A stretch of DNA of 64,000 bases from Raja brachyura (Eukaryota), in contig OY740809.1 of the NCBI GenBank assembly GCA_963514005.1, positions 20,832,001 to 20,896,000 of the forward strand, given 5' to 3'. Shown piece after piece: positions 12,600-25,620 of the stretch. A program made the translations under genes and the position numbers. A model generated the notes under the pieces. That model did not search any database and had not been told where the DNA came from. It saw only the letters and a list, made by a program, of their open reading frames with translations. Each line of letters starts with the position of its first letter. Within the stretch, counting starts at the first letter, position 1.

Positions 12600-13310
12600 T
12601 TCTACTACAAACATGCCTAGGCAATGACCACTTCTTGCAAGAGAAGGTGTAAATGTCTATCCTTGACAGTCAATGTCATTGCTTAGCTCCCATCATCAAT
12701 ATCCACGAGGATTACATTGACCAAAATGGATCAGCTGTGTGCAAACTGTGACTGCAAGAGCAGGTCAGATGCAGTTGTGAGTGACTCGACAGCCCAAATA
12801 CTCTCCAGCATCTACAAGGCCTGAATCAGCAGTGTCATGGAATTACCTCCACTTACCTGGATGAGTCAACATTGAACTGATATCCAGGAAGCACAACATT
12901 ATCCAAAAGAAAAGCCTGCTTGAATGTTATCCAGTCAACCATCTCAGAAAAATCCATCTCCTCCTCCAACATGCAGTGGCTGAAGTGCATACCATATAAA
13001 AAATACCCAGCAGTTACTTGCCCACTCCAAAGCGTGGTTCTACACGAAGGACAAGGCTTTGGGTGCATGTAAATACCACCTGCAAGTTCACTTCCACATT
13101 CACGTCATCCTGACCTGGAATAACATTTCTTCGTTGCTCTGAGTCTAAATCCTGGAACTCATTACCCAAAGGCACTGTAAGAATAGCTTCTGCCAGGAAA
13201 TCCAATGGTTCAAGATGGTGATTCATAAAATCATCTCCAGGGCAATTAAAAATAAATAATGCGTGCTGCCCTTGTCTCCAATGTCCAGATCTCAAAAATC
13301 AAATTAATAA
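12600..13310 (+). mobile_element. Ancient CR1-group LINE 3' fragment (same family at about 32360-32760 and 44590-46670)
   Basis: Shared decayed tail ttcaag...caccatcttc..agggcaa...aataaa..g.ccttg.c...ccc.catccc in three copies. Confidence 0.5.
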
Positions 13311-13746
13311 ACTCGATCACATTATCTCATTTTGATCTACTACAGAAGTGCATCAGCCTGGAAGGTCATACCTGACCTTTGATGAGAATAGAATATTAGG
13401 CATGCGATGTTTAATAGACTGAGCTCAGTAAATGAAAACAAAATTAAATTTCCAGCAATTGAATGGAAATAAATCATTTACAATCACATGAAGTAGCCTT
13501 TATATTTAGAACAAACTCATTATATATCCATTCAAATTTCCAAAAGAACTAACGTTAATAAATTATGGATGATTTTGAAAAGACAGGCTACTTGTTTAAT
13601 GACCAACTTAACATATTTTTTCAAATAAGAAAAATCAATAATAATCTTATATAAATGTGTTTTTAGAGTCGTAAATGTATACAGCATAGAAACAAGACCG
13701 TTTCAGAGCAACTTGTCCACGACAACCAGGATGTCCCCATATGCTG

Positions 13747-14574
13747 AGGTCATCCTTCTCGGCCCCTCGGACTCAATCAAAACAATAGCAGGCAGCCTTG
13801 GAAGCCTTACCCCATTACTCAAACCTCACGTCAAAAACCTTGGCGTGATATTTGACTCGGCATTGAAATTTGACAAACAAGTCAATGCCGTGGTAAAAGT
13901 TAGCTGCTTTGGACGATAGCTAAAATAAAACAATTCCTCCAGTTTAATGATCTTAATAAGAAAAGATCATCCATTTATCTCCTCCCGCCTCGGTTACTGC
14001 AGCTCCCTTTGCATTGGCATCAGCCCGTCATCCCTGTCCCGCCTGCAACTGGTCCAAAACGCACCCGAAAAAGGGACCACATCACCCCAATTCTGGCCTC
14101 TCTCCACTGGCTCCCTGTGCGGTTCCAAATACATTTCAAGGTCCTTCTTTATGTCTACAAAGCCCTTAACGGGCTCGCCCCACCTAAATCAAAAGTCTGC
14201 TTACCCACCACACCACCTCCAGGTCCCTCAGATCGGTCAACTTGGGGTTACTGAACATCCTGCGGTCTAGGCATAAGCTCAGGGGCGACCGACCGCGCCT
14301 TTGCGGTTGCAGCTCCTAGACTGTGGAACAGCATCCCTCTTCCCATCAGAACTGCCCCCCTCCATCGACTCTTTTAAGTCGAGACTTAAAACTCATCTTT
14401 ACTCTCAAGCCTTTGTTGACGTCCTCTGAGTGAGGGCTGTATGTATGTATTTATGTATGTACTTAATTTATGAACCACTGTTGTTTAATGTTTGTACCTC
14501 CACCAATGTAAAGCACTTTGGTCAACAAGAGTTGTTTTTTAAATGTGCCAAAGAAATAAAAGTGATTTGATTTG
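13747..14574 (+). mobile_element. L2-clade LINE 3' fragment with 8-bp TSD (atatgctg)
   Basis: VKNLGVIFDSALKFDKQVNAVVK and RKRDHITPILASLHWLPVRFQIHFKVLLYVYKALNGLAP motifs; tail gtaaagcactttg...aataaa(gattt)n; TSD at 13739-13746 and 14575-14582. Confidence 0.88.
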
Positions 14575-14697
14575 ATATGCTGGTCACACTTGGCCCATAT
14601 CCCAATAATTGTTTCCTATCCCTGTACCTGACCAAATGCCTTTTGAATGTTGCATTTTACTTACTTCAACTACTACACCTGGCAGCTTGTTCCTTAT

Positions 14698-14836
14698 GTT
14701 TAAGAAGGAACTGCAGATGCTGGAAAATCAAAGCTGGACAAAAATGCTGGAGAAAGTCAGCGGGTGAGGCAGCATCTCTGGAGCGAAGGAAATAGGCAAC
14801 GTTTTGGGTCCAAACACTTCTTCAGACTGAAATCAA
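14698..14836 (-). mobile_element. Penelope-derived short insertion with 14-bp TSD (agcttgttccttat)
   Basis: TSD at 14684-14697 and 14837-14850. Confidence 0.85.
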
Positions 14837-15559
14837 AGCTTGTTCCTTATACCCACCACCCTATGAGTGGAAAATGTTGCCCCTCAGGTTCCTATTAAAC
14901 CTTTCCCCTCTTGCCTTAAATCTCTGCCTTTATGGTTCTTGATTCCCCATCCCTGGAAAAATCCCTATTTACTCCACTCATGATTTTATACACCTCTATA
15001 AGATTACCCCTCAGCCTTGCATTTTACCAGGGTTCAAGTCCTAGCCTGCCCATCATCGCTCTATATATCTCAGGACCGTGAGTCCTGGCAATATCCTCAT
15101 AAATCTTCCCTGCACTCTTTCTAGCTTTGACATCTTTCCTTTTGCAGGTTGACCAAAACTGAACACAAAACTCCAAGTGTGGCCTCACCAGCATCTTGTA
15201 CCATTGTAAGAATAATGTCCTAAATTTTATACTCATTTCCTTGACTGGTGAAGGTCAGCATGCTATAACCCACTTTCACCATCCAATCTACCTGCAATAC
15301 CACTTTCAGGGAACTACACATTTATAATCCTGTATCCTGTATCCTTCTGCTCTATAACATTCCCCAGGGCTCCATCAGCCACTGTGAAGGTCCTGCCCTG
15401 GTTTGACTTCCCAAAATACAACAAGTAGTATACTTGTGGATATATCTTGCACAATGTTTCATGATAAAATTTTACAATTAAATAATCTAATCAGGATCAT
15501 AAATTATGTAAATTAAAGTGATTTAGACTTTAGAGATACAGCACCAAAACAAAACTATC

Positions 15560-16370
15560 CAGTATCCCTCAGAATCCTCTCCTATAGTTTTCCTACCTCC
15601 GATATTAGGCTGACTGGTCTATAGTTCCCAGGTATTTCTTTGCGGCCCTTTGTAAATAGAGCCACAACATTACCCACTCTCCAGTCTTCTGGCACATCAT
15701 GATGTTACAAATATCTCAGCCAGGATTCCTAGAATTTCTGCTCTAGCTTCCCACAGTGTCCTTGGATATATCTGATCAAGCCCTGGACAATTTATCTACC
15801 TAAGTGTGGCTTAGGACGTCCAGCACCACCTCAACTGCAGCTCCGTTAATGAAGTTAATGGGTATCTCCATTAACGTAATTAAGTTTCCCAGCCTTCATG
15901 TTTTTTCTCCGCAGTAAAAGCAGGAGAAATATTCACTGGAGACAACCTTGCCTATCTCCTGCGACTCCACACATGGATGACCTCTTTGGTTTCTGAATGG
16001 CCCATTCTATCTCTAGTTACCATTATCCAGAAATGTGTTATAAAATCTCTTTAGATTCTTCTTATTCTTATCTGCCAGAGCTATTTCATGCCACCACCTT
16101 TGTGATTTCCTTCAAAAGGATACTCCTCAATCCCCTATACTCCTCCATGGATACACTTGATCTCGGCTGCCTATACCTGACCCATGCTTCCTTTTCACTA
16201 ACCAGGGCCTCAATTTCTCTCATCCTCCAGGGTTCCTTACTCCTACCTGTCGTGCCTTTCAGTCTAAAGGAAGATGCAAACCTGAACTCTAATTATGACA
16301 CTTCTAAAAGTATCCTACTAAGCGGACATATGGTTGCTTTTAAGCAACCTACTCCAATCAACTTTTGTGG
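15560..16370 (-). mobile_element. CR1 LINE ORF2 internal fragment
   Basis: Antisense motifs aggctgactggtctatagttcc and ccagtcttctggcac (NYRPVSL / VPEDW). Confidence 0.65.
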
Positions 16371-16679
16371 CTTGAGTGAAGCTGCCATATTCATTTTAAT
16401 TTGGGTCACATTTTCAATTCATGTGGCTGGATGAGTTAACAGCCAAAGGTTTAAGGTCCCGAAGCCACCTAAATGATCAGTAAACTTCTGGTTTCTGGTT
16501 CATAGACGTGTTGAGATTTGACCAGTCACAATGCTTCTTGCTTGTTCAGCAAACTATGAATTTCAAGAAAGTGACCTCAAAAATGCATTATACCTGAAAT
16601 GTAATAAGAATAAAAAGTGGCGTACATATATATGCCTCAAAAGAAAACTGATGCACAGATTATGTTTTCACTCTTGCAG

Positions 16680-16772
16680 GTGAAATTAGTGAATATTAGG
16701 AATGATGATATTACTGATGGGAATCCCAAGCTAACTCTTGGTTTAATTTGGACCATAATTCTACATTTCCAG
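16680..16772 (+). CDS. MACF1: Exon, end of CH1: [31 protein letters not shown]
   Basis: ttgcag|GTG...CAG|gtaagg, 93 nt. Confidence 0.96.
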
Positions 16773-17309
16773 GTAAGGATGTTTGACATGTTTTTTGGGG
16801 GATTATTTTGTTATAAATCTATGTACAACAACAAATGAAATACTGTAATAGTACTATAATGAACCATTAAATACATGGAAGCAATAGAGTCTAGTTCATA
16901 ATCTAGGCCAACAGCCTCAATTTGAAATATTCACCAAAACTGATTTTCAGTTCATGATATTTAATACTAAGCGATAGATAGCACTATCTGACTGTAAATA
17001 TCTGAATGTGTCACTATTGGTGATTTAGTGTCATTGAATGATGGACTGAGGTCAAGATGGATATGGGCAATATGCAAAAGTAGGTCGCTTTATGACTGAG
17101 GCAGTACAGGATAGTAAATTCATCTTGGAACCATTTTAAGTCGCACAGTTATGAACAATTTGGTTCATATTAGCCTATTGGCCATAAATTGGTGGCAAGA
17201 GCATGGAGTTTATGCTGGTTGCCTGACAATTTTCATTGTCCCAGTGGAGAAAATTACATTTTGGCGAATGCTGCATGTTAAATGTAATTGTAAGTGTTGC
17301 AATTGTAAG

Positions 17310-17990
17310 TGATTTTATTAGCCAAGTATGAAAACAAAACAAGTATGTAAATCATAGGAGGAAGTTAATTTGCCATACAGTCATACCAAAACAGCAACAA
17401 AACACGCAACCACATAAAAATTTAACATAAACATCCATCACAGTGGCTCCTTCACATTCCTCACTTTAATGGAAGGCAATAAAGTCTTTCCTCCTTTTCC
17501 TCCCGCTGTCGGGGGAGCTGGAGGAAACTCTCCCGACAGTCGGGGCGATTGAAACAATCGAGGCGATTGAAACTCCTGCAGCCGGAAATCGAAGCTCCCA
17601 CGTCAGGGCGATCAAAGCTCCCGTGATTGGGGTGATCGAAGCTCCTGCGGTTGGAGCTCCCGAAGCCCGTCCCTGGCAAAGGCACCGCCAGCTCCGAGAT
17701 GTTAAATCCGCAGGCTCCCGCGGTTGGAACTCCCAAGGTCAACCCCCAGCAAGAGGCCGCCAGCTCCACGATGCTAGGCCGCAGTACAGATGGAGATACG
17801 ATAAGGAAAAAATCAAATCTCCGTCGAGGAATATGATGAAAAAAGTTTCCCCCTCCCCCCTCCACCCCCCCACATAATATAAAACTAAAGATACACTAAA
17901 ACAACATTTAACTACAGACTAAAAAAACAACAGAAAGAAGGGGACGAGACAGATTGTTGGCGAGGCAACCGTTGCACTACGTCACCCGGT
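17310..17990 (-). mobile_element. GC-rich non-autonomous retroelement with internal ~24-bp repeats and a LINE-like 3' tail
   Basis: Repeated (g)atcgaagctccc/gcgattgaaac units at 17540-17670; the ccatcacagtgg..cacattcctcac segment also occurs reversed at about 36236-36330; family not identified. Confidence 0.5.
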
Positions 17991-18835
17991 GTTAGACAGC
18001 AGTCTGATAGCAGAGTGGCAGTAGTGGTACAAAGCGAGCTAAGGAAGAGGTCAAGTCAGTAGATGCGGGTATTGGTTGTGGATGTCCCATTATATTCAGG
18101 TGATGTAGACGAGGCAGCCTGCAATTGGTTGAAGATGTGGTTGAGGTTGATGCCAGGAAGCTTCAAAAATCTAAGATATGCATGAGGGAGACAAAAAGTA
18201 TTTGCTTGGGATGCATTGATTGTAATCCATGAATGAACCCAATCAAAGATTGCTGTTGTATGGAATGCCATTGATGATTATGCTTCAGACAGTTTCATTG
18301 CTATTTGATAGCAGAGAGTCGCAGCTCCGTGCATTTATTGTCAAAAGTCAGTGTTATCATTTAAAATGTCTTTTTAGCTATTCAATTTATCTTAAGCACA
18401 AATTTTGTTTATCAGCAGACTGTAATGGATTATGTTTAACTATTGGATCTATTATTTGTAATTTCTATGTAGGAAAATATATTTGTGCTTGTGCAATGTA
18501 ATTTTGTTCAACCTATTACGCTATGACGCTATGACTCTATGACTATTATTAGTTACTTATTATCGTGTTTGGAGGCCTGTGATGTGCTTTGCTTCAACAA
18601 CTGGTTAAAAAATTGTGCTTTTTGTCAAAGATTTATCTGGGATTCCAATATGATGGTCTCATAGTTTCTACAGAGTTCAAGTGTTGTTGAATTGTACATG
18701 ATACTAAAATAAGTGCCTGCTTCACGTGTTTCTGTATGTGTGCGTGTGTTCTGATAACACAGCCAATCTGAGGGTTATATTTCAGAATGGTCGTTGCATT
18801 TTTCAGAGCTAAAACCATTATGCTATTAACAACCA

Positions 18836-18852
18836 TTGTGTGTGTGTGTGTG
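18836..18852. repeat. (TG)n microsatellite
   Basis: Direct observation. Confidence 0.9.
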
Positions 18853-19419
18853 TTGCAAGATGGAAGTGCATCATTTGCTAGATTATCTCTTTCTATATCT
18901 GCAATATTTTCAAGTTGTGGGAGAGGGGTGGGTTGGGGGTTGCTGCAGAGGTGAAACTGGTTAAATGTTTACAAGAACAGTTTTTGAGCATTTTGGTTAT
19001 ACATAAACCTATACTTGACCAGTTTTGGTTCCAAAAATTATAACCAGTACCTCTTTTAAAATAAAAATCAAACTCTTTTTAAAATTTCATTGGATCCAAT
19101 CCAGGACTTGTTACTGTGCACGGCAAATTCTAGGATGTGCTGTTATCGACAGACGATGCAGGAATAGCTTCTTTCAAAAAGCAAAGCCTGGGATAAATTG
19201 TACTAAGAGTCAAGGGAGATTAATTGTTTCGAAACAGTATAATGGAATTCTTACTTGCAGCAGCATAACAGGTAGACAAACACAGTAGTCATAAGACAAT
19301 AAACAAAAGAAAGTTCAATACATTTTTGAAAAACGATATTAGTGCAAAACTAAATCCCAAAGTCCCTGGTGCAAGTTTGTAGTTTAGTTAGTGTTTGTAG
19401 CATTCAACAGCCTGAAGGT

Positions 19420-19706
19420 TTAGACTTTAGAGATACAGAGCAGAAATAGTCCCATCGGCCCCCCCAAGTCCACTCTGACACTAGCACTATCCTACACACT
19501 TGGGACAATTTACAATTTACAGAACCCAATAAACCAGAAATTCTGTATGTCTTTGGAATGTGGGACGAAACCGGTGCACCCAGACAATAGACAACAGACG
19601 AAACCCACACGGTCACAGGGAGAACGTACAAACGCCGTACAGTCAGCACCCATGCACAGGATCGAACCTGGGTCTCTGGTGTTGTAAGGCAGCAACTCTA
19701 CCGCTC
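19420..19706 (-). mobile_element. HE1-like V-SINE nested in a Rex1-like 3' fragment (about 19220-19900, - strand)
   Basis: tRNA-like B box ggttcgatcct on the - strand and a V-domain; host reads FRNSFFPTT on the - strand. Confidence 0.75.
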
Positions 19707-20379
19707 TGCTGGTTGTTGGGAAGAAGCTGTTCCTGAACATGCTGGTCACAGTTTTCAGACACCTATCCTTTCTTTCTGATGGCAGAGGGAAATGAGAGCG
19801 CAGCCAGGGTGGTGAGGGGACATGTTGATGCTGACTGGCTTTTTGAGGCAGTGTCTCCCATAGATGATCCCTGCGATGGTGAAGAGGTCAATATCCATGA
19901 TGGATTGGACAATGTCCACCGCCACGTGAGATGCTGTCGTACATTCATCTTCAAAACATTGGGTATTTCAAATATATAAGCTGACAATATACTTGAAATA
20001 AATTGTGAAGTCATGTTTTTTTTAAACAGTGAAGGGCAACTGAACTGCCTGATATAGTGGTTGAGGCAAAACCCCTGAACGATACACATATGACACCGTT
20101 TACACAGCTGTAGGCTGAAGTCAGGAATGTAGGGTTAGTCTGAACAGATTTTTTTTGAGAAACATGGACATGAAGCGCTCAGAGGTATATTTATATATCA
20201 TCAACCTTTAGTTGAATAAATAAATTATGAATATATTATATTATGAAAAAGGCATTCAAAAGTACGTTGAGGGTCAAAAGATAGCCAGGTACAAGTAAGG
20301 CCCATGGGGGGAACTATTCAATATATGTGTGTAGCTAGAAACTTTGGGTGAGGTCCCAAATTCATACTTTGCATTGGAA

Positions 20380-22510
20380 TTCACAAAGGAAACTGACTTT
20401 GTAATTGGAGAATTCTGTCAAGTGGTAAGTGAAAGCTGATCATCATAAATAAAGAGGAGGCATTGATGCCATTGAAGGCTTACAGGCGAATGTCCCTGAG
20501 GGTGGGATAGAATTTATCTAGGCTGCTGCAGAAGACAAGGAAAGAGATCGCTGGTGTCCTTGCTGATATTTGTATATCTTTGTTAGACTTGCGTTAGGTA
20601 CCAGAAGACTGTAAGACCGTAAATATGGTCCTCTTTTTCAAGAAAGGCTGCAGGAAATGATCTGTGAGCCTAACATCATTGATAATGAAGATACTGGGGG
20701 GAAAAAAATCAGGAGGGTGTTAATGATCACTTGGAAAGTCAGAGAGTAATCGGAGATGACCAACAAGGCTTTGTCAAGGGCAGATCTGATCTTGGAACAG
20801 GTTTTAGTGTATTGATGAGGGCAGGCAGTAGATGTGATTTAAGTAGTTTGTTAAAGCCTTTGACAAGGTCCCCCATGGGAGACTGATTCAAAGGGTTGAA
20901 GCCCATAGGATCCCTAGCAAGTTGGCAAACTGGATCCAACATTGGCTTAGCAACAGGAGACAGAGGGTGATAGTAGAGGGTTAATTTTGTGACAAGATAG
21001 CTGTGACTAATGGTCACAGTGTCAGTGCTGGGCCCCTTATTTGTAATGCACACAAATGACTTGGATATAGTTGTGAAAGGTAATTTAGCAAATGACACGG
21101 AGATTGGCAGAGTTGTTGATAGTGTGGAAGGTAGACTTAGACTGCAGAGAGTTATTAATGTTTTGGTGACATGGGCTGAAAAGAGGAGTATTGACCTAAA
21201 GCTGGGTGGCAGTGTGAACTGTGAGGAGGCTGCTATGAGAATGCAGGGTGACTTGGACAGGTTGGGGGAGTCGGCAGATGCATGGCAGATGAAGTTTAAT
21301 GCAGAGAAACGTGAGGTTATCCACTTTGGTAGCAAAAACAGGAAGGCAGATTACTATCTAAATGGCGTCAAGTTGTGAAAAGGGGAAGTACAGCGGGATC
21401 TGGGGGCCCTTATTCATCAGTCTATGACAGTAAGCATGCAGGTACAGCAGGCAGTAAAGAAAGCGAATGGCATTTATAACAAGAGGAATCGAATATAGGA
21501 ACAAAGAGGTTGTACAGAGCCCTAGTGAGTCCACACCTGGAGTATTGTGTGCAGTTTTGGTCCCCTAATTTGAGGAAGGACATTCTTGCTATTCTTGCAG
21601 TAGGTTTCTAAGGTTAATTCCCAGGATGGTGGGACTGTCATATGCTGAGAGAATGGAGCAGCTGGGCTTGTACACTCTGGAGTTTAGAAGGATGAGAGGG
21701 GATCTCATTGAAACATATAAGATTGTTAACGGCTTGGACACACTAGTGGCAGGAAACATGTTCCTGATGTTGGGGGAGTCCAGGACCAGGGGCCACAGTT
21801 TAAGAATAAGGAGTAAGCCATTTAGAACGGAGACGAGGAAACACTTTTTCTCACAAAGAGTGGTGAGTCTGTGGAATTCTCTGCCTCAGAGGGCGGTGGG
21901 GGCAGGTTCTCTGGATGCTTTCAAGAGAGCTAGATAGGACTCTTAAAAATAGCGGAGTCAGGGGATATGGGGAAAAGGCAGGAACGGGGTACTGATTGGG
22001 GATGATCAGTCATGATCACATTGAATGGCGGTGCTGGCTCGAAGAGCCAAATGGCCTACTCCTGCACCTATTGTCTATTGAGTTGGGCATTGAATGCAGG
22101 AATAGTGAAATAATGCTCCAACTTTATAAAGGTTAGAGTGCTGCATGTAGTTCAGGTCTCCATGGATTGGGAAGGATGTGATGGTGCGAGAGAGTGTGCA
22201 GAGAAAATTCTCCAATATGTTGCCTGGGATGGAGCAGTTATGAGGAGAGACTGGACATGCTGTGTCTTTTCTCTCAGTGAAGAGTTAAGGAGAGGATGGG
22301 ATTTAGGAGCAGCATGGATGGGGTAGACTGCAGGAAACTCCTGCAGCTAGACTGCTAACAACATTGAAGAAGTGTCCAGATGAACACTTGAATTACTTTT
22401 GCAAAGGGGTCTATGGACCAAGAACTGAGTAATGGGGTTAATATAAAAGGGAGTCCACTGATGGATATGGAAGTGCTGGGCCAAATGTCTTTTTTCCGTG
22501 CCACATGATT
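20380..22510 (+). mobile_element. Old CR1 LINE ORF2 fragment containing a younger CR1 copy (about 21196-22080)
   Basis: RT motifs SVLGPLF, ANDTEIG, WQMKFNAEK, RMRGDLIETYKI and SQRVVSLWNSLPQ; (ctattgt)n tail at about 22068-22080. Confidence 0.85.
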
Positions 22511-22811
22511 CTACGCAAGAGGTTCGAGGTAGTACTAAAGAACTAGCATCGGCCCCTGTTTGGTAAAAGTCTGCTTGACAATGGCAGTGTTTGACTTTGC
22601 CCTTGGGGAAAGTATTACAAGTCCAGAGGCCATAGATTGTTGTAAGTGGGCTGAATGGAAATCATCAAACCATCAATGGATGGTAAACCTATAATCATGT
22701 TTTGTTCTCATGAGACAATGGTTGTTCATGGCACCTCTCCTCGTGTCACATGGACCAGGAAAATGGGCCAGGCCTCATGAATAGACTTTAATTTAATGTT
22801 AATTTAATGTT

Positions 22812-22985
22812 AAAAAAGGAACTGCAGATGCTGGAAAATCGAGGGTACACAATATGCTGGAGAAACTCAGCGGGTGCAGCAGCATCTATGGAGCGAAGGA
22901 GATAGGTAACGTTTCGGGCCGAAACCCTTCTTCAGACTGATGCTGCTGCACCCGCTGAGTTTCTCCAGCATTTTGTGTACCCTTA
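22812..22985. mobile_element. Hairpin-form Penelope-derived insertion, TSD about aatttaatgtt
   Basis: agggtacacaa.atgctggagaaactcagcgggtgcagcagcatc and its reverse complement within 150 bp. Confidence 0.8.
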
Positions 22986-23504
22986 AATTTAATGTTGCTT
23001 ATTAAAAGTAACTGGCCCAGGGGAGAAAATCAATGAAAACATTTTACATCTGATTTTCCAAGATTGGATTATTTGACCAAGAGTCTGATCGTCTCACTCT
23101 TCTCCTTTGCTGCCCTCTCTCACTTCTGAACCATAGGGCCGAAAACCGGTGAGAATAATTGGTATTGGTTCATTATTGTCACGTTTGAAAGGTTTGCGTG
23201 CTATCTGGGCAAATCATACTGTACATAATGAATGCAAAAGAGAAAGTAAACAGAGTGCAGACTATCCTGTTACAACTTCGGAGAAAGTGCAGAATTTTAA
23301 AATTGCACAGTCCCCAATGAGGCAGATTGGAAGGTTGGAAATTGATCTTCAGCTGATGAGTCTGATAATGAGGGGGGAGGGGAAGGATCTGTTGTTGAAT
23401 CTGGTGCTTGAGTCTTTTACTTAAATACTTGTAGATAGAAGAATGAAGAAAATACTGTAGATTGTGATTTTAAAAAATCATCAATTGAGATAGATGGACA
23501 GAGT

Positions 23505-23678
23505 CTGCATGTCAGGCGGCATCTCTGGAGAACATGGACAGGCACGTTTCAGGTGGACACATATCTGACCACTTTCCTGTCTATATTCTCCAAAGATGCT
23601 GCCCCACCTGCTGAGTTACTCCAGCACTTTGTGTCCTTTTATGTATGAACCAGCATCTGCAAATCCTTGTTTCTACAG
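23505..23678. mobile_element. Degenerate hairpin-form Penelope-derived insertion
   Basis: gcatctctggagaaca / tattctccaaagatgc inverted pair; flanks gatggacagag and gatggatagag. Confidence 0.6.
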
Positions 23679-24089
23679 GATGGATAGAGATTTGTTTTTA
23701 TATTGTTACATCGCCACTGGCTAGTTACTTTCCACGAACTGCATTAGGCTGAAGTGCATTCATAACCCATTTTCCATGGGAAATAACATGAGGCGAGGCG
23801 CTGAAAACTTCCATTACCTCTTGACCTCAAAAGCCAATTACTACTTCAGTTAATATATTCATTTGAAAGCGTAGAATATATGTTTCCTGGCTCTTTGTCA
23901 AATGCATCGTTATGTAAGATGCAGAACCAAGCCCCAATCAAATATATTTTCAAGTGCAATCTGTACTCAATGTATTTTAAATTGCATCTCAGACGTGTAC
24001 TGAAACAGAAGGTTTTATGATCAACGTTGAGGTCGTTTATTTGTGAGGCTAGATTATTAATAGTCCAGCTCAAGGACTCTGAAATCTTG

Positions 24090-24300
24090 ACCAGTGAAGC
24101 AAGCGGTATTGTGGGCTCTGACTGTGGCCATCGCTGCCGGCTCTGATTTGTTCTGTACCTTTCCATACCTCCAGTTTCCTTCTCCCCCGACTCTCAGTCT
24201 GAAGAAGGGTCTCGACCCGAAGCGTCGCCTATTCCTTTTCTCCAGAGATGTCGATGACTCGCCGAGTTACTCCAGCATTTTGTACCTATCTTCGATATTA
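24090..24300 (+). mobile_element. Penelope-derived 3' fragment with a hammerhead-like core (GAAA changed to GAAG)
   Basis: cagtctgaagaagggtctcgacccgaagcgtcgcctattcc. Confidence 0.75.
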
Positions 24301-24399
24301 AACTACAGATGATGCTATTAGCATAGCTAGCGTAGTACAGGGCCTCTAATACTCGTTTATTTAAAACAATTAAGATATGCTCCAAGCTAAAATGCTAAT

Positions 24400-25620
24400 T
24401 TGAGTTGCTACGCCGCACGGTGGTATTTGACTCGAGCTGACACGGTGTATGTCTATCAACGCAGCAATGATTCTCAATGTTGTCTTTTGTATTTCTAATC
24501 GCGGCCACAGTGTAAATAAATACTCATCACGTTTTACCCGGTGGGTTTGGTGTAGTTTCATGTGCTCTGCAGAAGGCCCCCGACCTCATTTGTGACATGC
24601 CGCAGCCGGCCGCTGCTAGTGCTGAGACTGCGGTATCGCTCAGCATTGAGTTCGCAGATGAACTGGACGTGAGTGCGTTGCACACTGACTGCTCGCTGCC
24701 TGGGCGTGGTTTGTCGCAGGTTGAGAGGATTTTATGTGTTGCTGACACAATATCAGTCGGATTCTGCCACAGCCGAGCCGGGCCGAGCCACCCGTTGTGT
24801 GTCTGTCTGTTGCCCGAAGGGGAGCTTATTTGTTGCCCCAAGTGGGTAAATGGTCGGGTTATCTCGCCCTGCCGTGGACATTGGCCATCCGGTGGGTGAG
24901 ATGCCGAGTTGAAGGATACTGCTTGTTCAAGCTACTGTACCAGTGCGCTGATGGTACTTTGTGGAGGCGCGCAGTTGCCCAGAGAGCCAAGGTGATCCTC
25001 GGCACCGTGGCCACAGCCTGGGGAGAGTGGCCACCGCTATGGTGACAGACGCTGCCTGAAGATGGCCCGCCGTGCGGAGAAGGCATTGGCGTGCGGATTC
25101 TCCCCGGCAGAGGTGCAACTTTTCCCGTCTGCTCAGCTCGATTGCGGCTGTGTGTTTTAGGCTGATTCGGGCTGCCTGCAATCTGATGCCTGCACAATGG
25201 GAACCACTCTGGGATGCGTCCGAAAGCAACGAGAGGCAGCGGGAGCGGATGGGAAACAAACCCCCCTCACGCCGCGGAGGAAAATCAAATTTAAACGCTT
25301 CAGAAGAAACAGGAAAGGAGATGGGGAGAGGGGAGAGGCGGTGGGCAAGGGGGAGCAGCCCGGTAAATCAGTGCCGCTGGAAGCTGGTGAGACGCGTCTG
25401 CCCAGCGCTGTAACTGCAGGGAAATTAACACCAGGCTCCGGCTCCGGCTCCGATCCCCGCCCCACTGCCGGAGATACCACCCGCTCTCCCAGCCCGCCAC
25501 GGGAGTTGCACAAACCGGCACGTCTCAGACATTTATCACACCTTTCTTCTCCGACAGAGAAATCAATAGATCTAAATGCCGAAGCCAGTGGCGAAGGCAC
25601 GCAGCAGGTGCTATCAGCCA
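24400..25620 (+). promoter_or_regulatory. CpG-rich island; putative internal promoter and 5' UTR of the isoform-3-type first exon
   Basis: Abrupt rise in GC and CpG density in non-repetitive sequence directly upstream of and overlapping ATG 25197. Boundaries estimated by eye. Confidence 0.65.

Larger units (their letters stand above)
13665..15420 (-). mobile_element. CR1 LINE 3' fragment hosting two nested insertions
   Basis: - strand YKMLVRPHLEFCVQFWS motif (15024-15236); CR1 3' tail near 13665; colinear across the inserts. Confidence 0.8.

Noticed and set aside
20739-21335. 198-aa - strand ORF
   Set aside because: Antisense shadow of CR1 reverse transcriptase sequence.
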